This document shows, piece after piece, positions 57,362-64,000 of a stretch of 64,000 nt of DNA. The stretch spans positions 32,001 to 96,000 of the forward strand of contig CBDBCZ010000008.1 in assembly GCA_965203295.1 (NCBI GenBank), written 5' to 3'. A program made the position numbers and the translations under genes. The notes under the pieces are model-generated. The model had not been told where the DNA came from. It was given only the letters and a program-made list of their open reading frames with translations, and made no database searches. Position 1 is the first letter of the stretch, and each line of letters begins with the position of its first letter. The stretch comes from Nitrospirales bacterium. Its GTDB lineage: Bacteria; Nitrospirota; Nitrospiria; Nitrospirales; UBA8639.

Positions 57362-60005
57362 TTAAAGTTTTCCAGGAACACACACATTGCTAGGCACAGC
57401 ATTTTCGTATGAAGGAATGTCAATAAATTCACTTAAAGCAACAAAACCTGGTGCAGAAGCTGACTCACTGTGTGGGTAGCTAAAGTGCTGAGGGTTAGAG
57501 TTTGACTCATTACTGTTTACAGCAGTACCCATTACGTCATGATCAGTCCCACTGCTTGGAACAACAGAGCTGTCAGAAGTTGAATCGGAATGTGGAGTTT
57601 GCTGTACAGGCCCCAGCAGAATTGGCGCATTCGCTGATGTTTGAGGAGGACCGGTTTCTTCTGCATGGTGAACTTGAACTTCTAAAGAGTGCGTGCGAGG
57701 AAGGTCATCAGTGCACATTGCAAAGACAGTTTGCTGCGTACCACCACTAAGACTATCACTGATCCCATCAGCATGGTAATCGGTGCGACTAAGAGTGGGT
57801 GGATCATCATGACTATCATCACTCAGTTCATTAGCTGTAGTATCAGCACCGGTGTCTTCATCTTGATCGTCGACATCTTCCAGGATATTTGGAGTTCCCA
57901 AATCTCTGTCACCATCATTGAAGCTAGTTTCAGCAGTGCCACCTTCGTTGGACCTATAATACAATGTAGAACGAATCACCCCATGGCCAATATCAAAAAG
58001 GCTAACTATATACAAGCAAAGATACAGCCAAAATAATGTATATAATCCTCCACTACTGTGGGCACAGTTAGTTCAATGCCCTGAATATTAGATACGATGT
58101 CCTCAATACTGTTGGTCAATCGGATAAGTCCTAAACATGGAGACGTAAATATGTAGTGTTATGGGCTCACAAATATTAGGTCCTGCCGCTACTATATGTA
58201 CCATCCCTGCTGTTTATCTAACATGACGCTAGCCATGCTTCCTGTACCATGAACTTACGGTAAGAGGTGCTCCATTGAACCATGATCGTTTCTTTGATGT
58301 ATACTATTACCTGCTAGACAGTTTTCTCTCCTGCAGCAAGGGCAACAACACATTAATAGAATACATAGCATGTGCAGGTGTGATCGTACAAGCTATGAAT
58401 AATTATGAGTATCTTGCTGTCACTGCATGCGCTAAATAACAATGCCAGGACTCGTCTGGAGAGAGATTACTGCGAGCAATCACTGTGGCTCGTACAGAAT
58501 GTAGATATAATACCATCCACTTGAATACATTTATCAACTCACCTGCGCTGTACATGCACCACAATGCCTGCCACCAGTGCCACAATAACTATAATAATGA
58601 TTAGGGAAATCACAATAGTTGTTGCTATCACTGCAGCTCTTCGTGCCCTACTACTGGTTTCTTCTCCTTCGGGTGGAGGTTCAATTGTAACCAAAGGCAG
58701 AGCTTCTGCGTGGCGAATAAGTGTAACAAGATCGGCATGCACCGCTTCCTTTATAATGATCGTGAAATTCGCTGCCGAGTCAAAGACCAGTACACTGTGT
58801 TTGGAATCAACTTCCTCACGCACAACTATGTAACGGTTGTCAAATATCAGTGGATGGCACTTCAAATCTTGACATCCGTGTGACGAAAGCTGAACAGCGG
58901 TATCGTGATAGAGGGAAATGTTCATGACGAACACTCCTCCCTTCTGGTCTCCGAAAGCAAACAGGGTATTGCCACCAGTACCAGAAGCCGAGCACACTCC
59001 CGACATCGGCTCAATGTCTGTCCCTGGAAGATCGATGCGTCTGACCTTATTTTGACTCCAAATCCCATATTCCATGCTGTTACTCTTAGGTGAAATGGCA
59101 AGATGAACATCCGAGTTGTTGCAAACGTACGAAAATGGGTACTCATCATTTGGATCAGTTTGATTGTGCCACCGGCCCGAGGCAAGATTAAAGTAAACCA
59201 CAGTCTCATTACGGCAATAGGCAACCAATGTCTGGTTACCAGCATATACAAGCAAGTTCACTACATCACACTTTACATTTCCAACGACTTTGTTGGTGTG
59301 GTCAATCGGATTCAAGGCATACAACTCTTGTCCTATTGAGAAGTATATTCCCTGTAGGTCACCCTCCATGCCAACGTACTCGAAGTTAGAAAGCATTGAG
59401 GGATCAAGATCTGGAAATAAAAGTTCAGCTGCGGCGTTATCACCAAACAGTAAAGTATCTTCAATTGAATCCGAGTTCAGCAAGACTTGGTAGACACTTA
59501 TGGAGTTCCAGCCAACACAGACAGCATAATAATGTCCCTGGATATCCATTAAGCCGGTTGAATTGCACCGGATCTCTAGGACGTGTTTCTTGTAAAGAGA
59601 CATCTCTTTGCCATCGTATCGCAACTCAAGGAATCCTATTTTTTCCACAAGTGGAATCGCAATTATGTAGTAGTGGATACTGCCTAAAATACGACCTGTA
59701 GTGAAAAGCTTGCACCGGAAGAAGTCATCCCCACAGGCTGGAGATAAGTGCTGTTCATCCAGGCTGTATGGAATCAGTATGCTTGAGGAATTACTCTCAG
59801 CGCTAATGTAAATTTTAACACCGTCTGTGGCATTTTTAATTCCAACAGAGTACAGGTACGCATCTACAGGATAGTAAGAAAGAAAACGTAGGCTAATTAG
59901 CTAGATAAATCCCTCCAGGATCGCATTCATGTTCAATGACTCACCGCTTGAAATCAGACAACAGAAGAACAGGAAGACAGCGGACTTCAATAACTTCTCT
60001 TTCAT
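57362..60005 (-). CDS. Receptor-like type-I membrane protein D of the novel family, ~681 aa, 4 exons
   Basis: Exons 60005-59945 (signal peptide MKEKLLKSAVFLFFCCLISS), 59863-58543 (ectodomain, TM AAVIATTIVISLIIIIVIVALVAGIVVHV), 58330-58259 and 57953-57362 (D/S/T-rich tail ending IPSYENAVPSNVCVPGKL). Phases 1,2,2; total 2046 nt. Confidence 0.8.
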
Positions 60006-60179
60006 CTTGCTCGAGCTCGTCAATATTGAGACGCGCGCCAGCCCACAGCGGAAGTGGGCTGGCCCGCGAGACTATAGACCTTATTCGATGACGTCAAATT
60101 TCCTTAGTTACGCAGGACGCGTTGCTAAGGCGCCATCTTGAGTGGCAAAAGCACGCGCGCGCGAGAGGGAATGAATATG

Positions 60180-60718
60180 CATGCAATGTGACCGCTCGAA
60201 AATACTCCGCGTACTATCAAGAATTAGAGATCGGTGCAAAGAAGCGATATTGTCAGAAAGTGGACTTGATTGGAGCAAACGTTGATGACCCCTACACTCT
60301 ACCTCGTCGTAAAGATTTTCACTTTGGTGCCTGGCCAGAAATCGAGTATCCTGACATATATAATTATCTCATCAATACACCTAGCCCCTACACTAAAGAT
60401 GAACTTAAGGCATACAAAAGTCTAGAGGGCTACAAGTATCTTGTCGCTGGATGGGTAGGTGATGCCTCTGCACACTCGGTATCTGATGGAAACAAAGTCA
60501 TCCTTACTGCAGCGGTGAGACACTCCCAGTCACTTTCAGCAACACATAGTTGGTGCTATTGCAGAGGACCAGAGTCAGGAGAGATGATTGCATGTGATAG
60601 TGATGCCTGCTCAATTGTCTGGTTTCATACTACCTGCCTTAAGATCTCGTGAATCCCTAAGGGAAAATGGTATTGCCCTGAGTGTCGAAAACTCACTAGC
60701 GCCAAAAGAAAATCTTAA
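60180..60718 (+). pseudogene. ISL2EU accessory ORF remnant (N-terminus fused directly to a PHD finger)
   Basis: WPEIEYPDIYNYLINTPSPYTKDELKAYKSLEGY...GWV jumps to WCYCRGPESGEMIACDSDACSIVWFHTTCLKIS*IPKGKWYCPEC. There is an in-frame TGA at 60650-60652, and the expected central SWIM/YqaJ exonuclease part is absent. Confidence 0.75.
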
Positions 60719-60804
60719 TGTCATGCCACAGAATCTGATATGATCATAACTTTGTCACACTTCTTGAAGATTTATTATACATTGCCATAATAATAATTAT
60801 ACAT

Positions 60805-62031
60805 TTACTGAAATGGCACAACAGACTCACTACAATTACACAGTGCACAACAAATGTTAACAATTTTGTCTATCATACTGCAGTCTGTTTCACTGTCACA
60901 CATTATCATGTTAATTGGGAGTGTAGACTCTAAAATAGTATACTTTTGTCTCAAAAGACCTATTACCCTTTCAACATGAATTCTTACACGGGATAGTTGA
61001 CGAGCTGAATCTATTTCTAAATCTCCGCACAGTAGAGACCCACAGAATCTTGCACATTAAAACCACGATCAGCTAGCACTTGGTCGCCAGGTAGAAGTAG
61101 CTTTAAAATCCCCCAGTTCTCAGTCAGATGTTTGTCCGAAACTCTGCCTCCCCATCCTTTAGACACATAAGAAATGACCCCTTGTGGTGTAATTCCAATT
61201 AGGAACTTAACTGTGTTGTGGTGCTTATAATTAGAATAAGTTTGAGCTCTTGCCTTCAAGTCTTTTGGTCGCTCACAAAATACTTCAAAGCAATCTATTA
61301 TGCACACACATTTCCTAAAGTGTAGCTTAAAATCAAGTGGCATTGTTTTCAGAAGCTGATCTCTAGCTGGCCAATGTAGACAATACTGTGCGACTGTACT
61401 GTGGCATGTAGGGAGCAATAAAGTTAAAAATTGCCATCAAGACAGTAAACGATGGGAGACCTGTATAAAATTTCACCATAGAGTCATTAGAACTCAAGCG
61501 CTCCTTGTTTAACCCTCTCAGTCGGATTGACTCTCTCAGCTGGCTATTCTCCCTGTTGAGTTGGCAGTTTTCATTCTCCATGCTGTTAATTACTTGCATT
61601 GATAAATCGGTCTGTGTTGCAACTTCACATCTGGATGGCTGCTCAGTCATTGTTGCAACATCGCTCGAAGTCTCCATACTTACATCGTCATCATTTGCAT
61701 CATTTGCAACGGCCAGGTTTCGCTTTAGGCGAGCCTCCTTCCTCCGAAAATATGCCACCAAGTCACCTTCTCTTTTCCTTTTAACTGGGCTAGGTACATA
61801 GTCAAACAGGCTAGGAACGTAGTCAGGTGACAGCTTATCGTCGTGCTTTCTTCCACTAACAAAGTGAGCAGAGCACAACCAGCTGTGCTCAGCTGGAGCC
61901 CAGTTTTTGCGATTCACAGCACTGTTCCAGCGCGCACGTCGCGCAGGATCAGTAGTAAAGCGATAGAAACTGATCCCACAGCCTTTCACCCAGCGATTAG
62001 TGCATCCGATAGCGCAGCAACTCTTTCCCAT
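60805..62031 (-). pseudogene. THAP-domain plus DDE_Tnp_4 transposase remnant
   Basis: MGKSCCAIGCTNR...FYRF...RRARW...LCSAHF (THAP); [21 protein letters not shown]...[22 protein letters not shown]...GWGGRVSDK...VLADRGF; RIHVERVIGLLRQKYTIL. Frame breaks or deletions occur near 61400 and 61017. Confidence 0.85.
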
Positions 62032-62219
62032 AATTGTCTCATGTGTCTCTTTTTTGCCACTCAAAATGGCGACCGGATGTGAAAACGTCATCTGTGACGT
62101 CAGTCGAATAAGGTCTATACATGTACGTAGACCCTTTTACCATTAGTACGTCATTATGACGTCTGGGGGGTAATAGTAGGCAATAATTAGAATTCGACGC
62201 GCAAAAAGACGAGCGAGTA

Positions 62220-63962
62220 CTGTCACGGAAATTTTGGTCCGGCGGAAAAATTGGTCCGGGGGACCAAAATTTCCGGAATATCGGTCCGGGCGGACCATTT
62301 TTTCCTGAAAATTTTGGTCCCCGCGTGAAAATAATGGTCCGACCTGCGCCATAAGCGAATTCTGTCTGCTACTGTATTTCACGCTTGATAGAGTGAACTA
62401 CTACACTAAGGTGGATGGCTACATGATTGAGTATATTGTATTGGCTTGTTTGTTGTCATAGCCTACGGCTACCGTCAATAGCTTCGTCTTAAGCTTGCCG
62501 TGAGCGTACATGTATAGCTAGATCTATACATGCATTTTGTAGCTCCCAGGTCAGTACCACTTCGACCAAGAGAAAATGCTTCGCCATCTGTGGAACTGCT
62601 TCGAGAGAAGGAAGATGTCAATGATTCCATACAGCATGCAAGCTGTAACGGGCCACAGAATCGACTTTACAGTCCGTAGACAAAGTCCCGATGTAGCTAT
62701 ACTGAATCAGTTTGTAGGATATCGGTGCCAGTGACTGAGACACTGTCTCGTACCTTTGTATTAAACTACCTAATGGTTAAACTAAAGGTTGATATTAACT
62801 ATGCCATACATACAATGTCATGTATAAGCTAATTTTCAAGGTATTAAGGTAGGAAGAGCCTCACCTGGAATCCACAATTTAAATGGACGGCTATGTTGAT
62901 AACATGAAAGTCTACCTCGAATTGACGAAAATTTTGCATCTAACCACACCTCCTGCTAAATAATCCACAAAAACGCAATTTCGGGTTGCTTTAAAATACG
63001 AGAAATTTTGGAATCTGCTAGAGCCCCACCCACAGTCTGGCAACAACACCAGCACCTACAGAGAACAGGCTACAAGCGTAGGGATGCTTTTTCACAGGAA
63101 TGCTTCAAAGCCAGGTTTACAGCCCTGAACGCATCCAACCACCCCAAAACCCTCATTTTCGCTATCCTGACTTTCAAAAAAAATTCGGCAACCGCCCACG
63201 CTCACCCGACGAATTCGAGCCCTGCATTACAAACTTCAACCCACTCCCACAAAAATTAGGGATGCGATTTTTCATTCACCCCTCGGTTTCTGAGAACCAC
63301 CCACCAAAGCTCTCCCTATAAATCTCCACAGATTTTCACACAACTAGCTATTCGAGCTCATTAAGAAAAATGGGCGGGGCCTACAGACCCGAAAGGTGAC
63401 TATTCTAGCCTACCTGAGATGGGCAACAACCTGCCACTATCCGTCTGTCTGTCTGACTTCTAGCCACTCGGGCAGCCTAACAAACTTTCCACAACACACT
63501 AGCTAGCTATTCTGACATAAAAAGCCTACTCACAATTCTATGATGTCATATCTTCTTTTTTAAAAAAAAAGTGTTGAAAGCCAACATCAGAGTACCGCTC
63601 AACCACATCAAAGTGCCGATATCGCATATGAAAGAGCCGCTATCCACATCAAAGTGACACACCCCTCCTGTTGATTCCGCGCGATCCGGTTGCCGCCATG
63701 GGAAAATGCAAACATATCCATGAATCTAATTAGTGCCACGTGAGTGACGTCATCTCATTAATTATTCATAAGGAGAATCACGCGGATTCGAAGGTGAGGC
63801 TCTTCCTACCTTAAAACCAATTCTGCTAGAACTTGATGGGCGGACCAAAATTTTCAGGGTAGGACCAATTTACCCGGAAAAAAATGGTCCGGGGGACCAA
63901 TTTTTCCAGCGGAAATTTTAGTCCTAGGACCATTTTTTCCAGGACCAAAATTCCAGTGACAG
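62220..63962. mobile_element. Non-autonomous TIR element with GGACCAAAATT subterminal repeats
   Basis: TA-CTGTCACGGAAATTTTGGTCC ... GGACCAAAATTCCAGTGACAG-TA, with several inverted GGTCC/GGACC units at both ends. Confidence 0.75.
62848..63810. mobile_element. Nested non-autonomous Kolobok-like element
   Basis: TTAA-GGTAGGAAGAGCCTCACCT ... AGGTGAGGCTCTTCCTACC-TTAA: a 19-bp perfect terminal inverted repeat, purine-purine start and TTAA duplication. Confidence 0.75.
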
Positions 63963-64000
63963 TACACCTGTTCTTGTGCTTCTTGTCTGCGTTAACAGCT

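Larger units (their letters stand above)
60076..62116. mobile_element. ISL2EU-type (PIF/Harbinger-related) DNA transposon, internally deleted
   Basis: Terminal inverted repeats AGACCTTATTCGA ... TCGAATAAGGTCT flanked by an AT duplication, with two convergent ORFs (THAP+DDE transposase and an accessory ORF with a PHD finger). Confidence 0.85.

Noticed and set aside
60122..60718. Host ING-like PHD finger gene
   Set aside because: It lies inside the ISL2EU terminal repeats, is fused to the transposon accessory-ORF N-terminus and has an in-frame stop.

Overview
Eukaryotic, intron-rich metazoan DNA. The compact genes, abundant TACATGTA and MITE/HINE families suggest a demosponge, but that is inference only. 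From left to right the window holds: (1) a >2,900-codon minus-strand ORF that the ORF track omits because it runs off the left edge; it encodes a signal peptide plus ~8.5 kb of Ser/Thr/Pro/Ala mucin-like repeats; (2) ZNF207/BuGZ, with a U12-type first intron, head-to-head with CENPX; (3) an intronless 214-aa orphan ORF with an N-myristoylation motif; (4) an EF1-beta-like gene whose normal 5' exons I could not find; (5) Chibby (CBY1) head-to-head with SCPEP1 around an RFX X-box; (6) a cluster of four divergent paralogous type-I membrane receptor-like genes (+,-,+,-) with the same exon plan, a Cys-patterned beta-rich ectodomain and unrelated Tyr/Pro-rich tails, with three tandem NF-kB-type sites in the shared promoter of the central pair; (7) a decayed ISL2EU transposon and nested non-autonomous DNA elements. 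The receptor cluster is the best candidate for an undescribed system. All gene models were built by hand from splice signals and reading-frame phase; no database searches were run.
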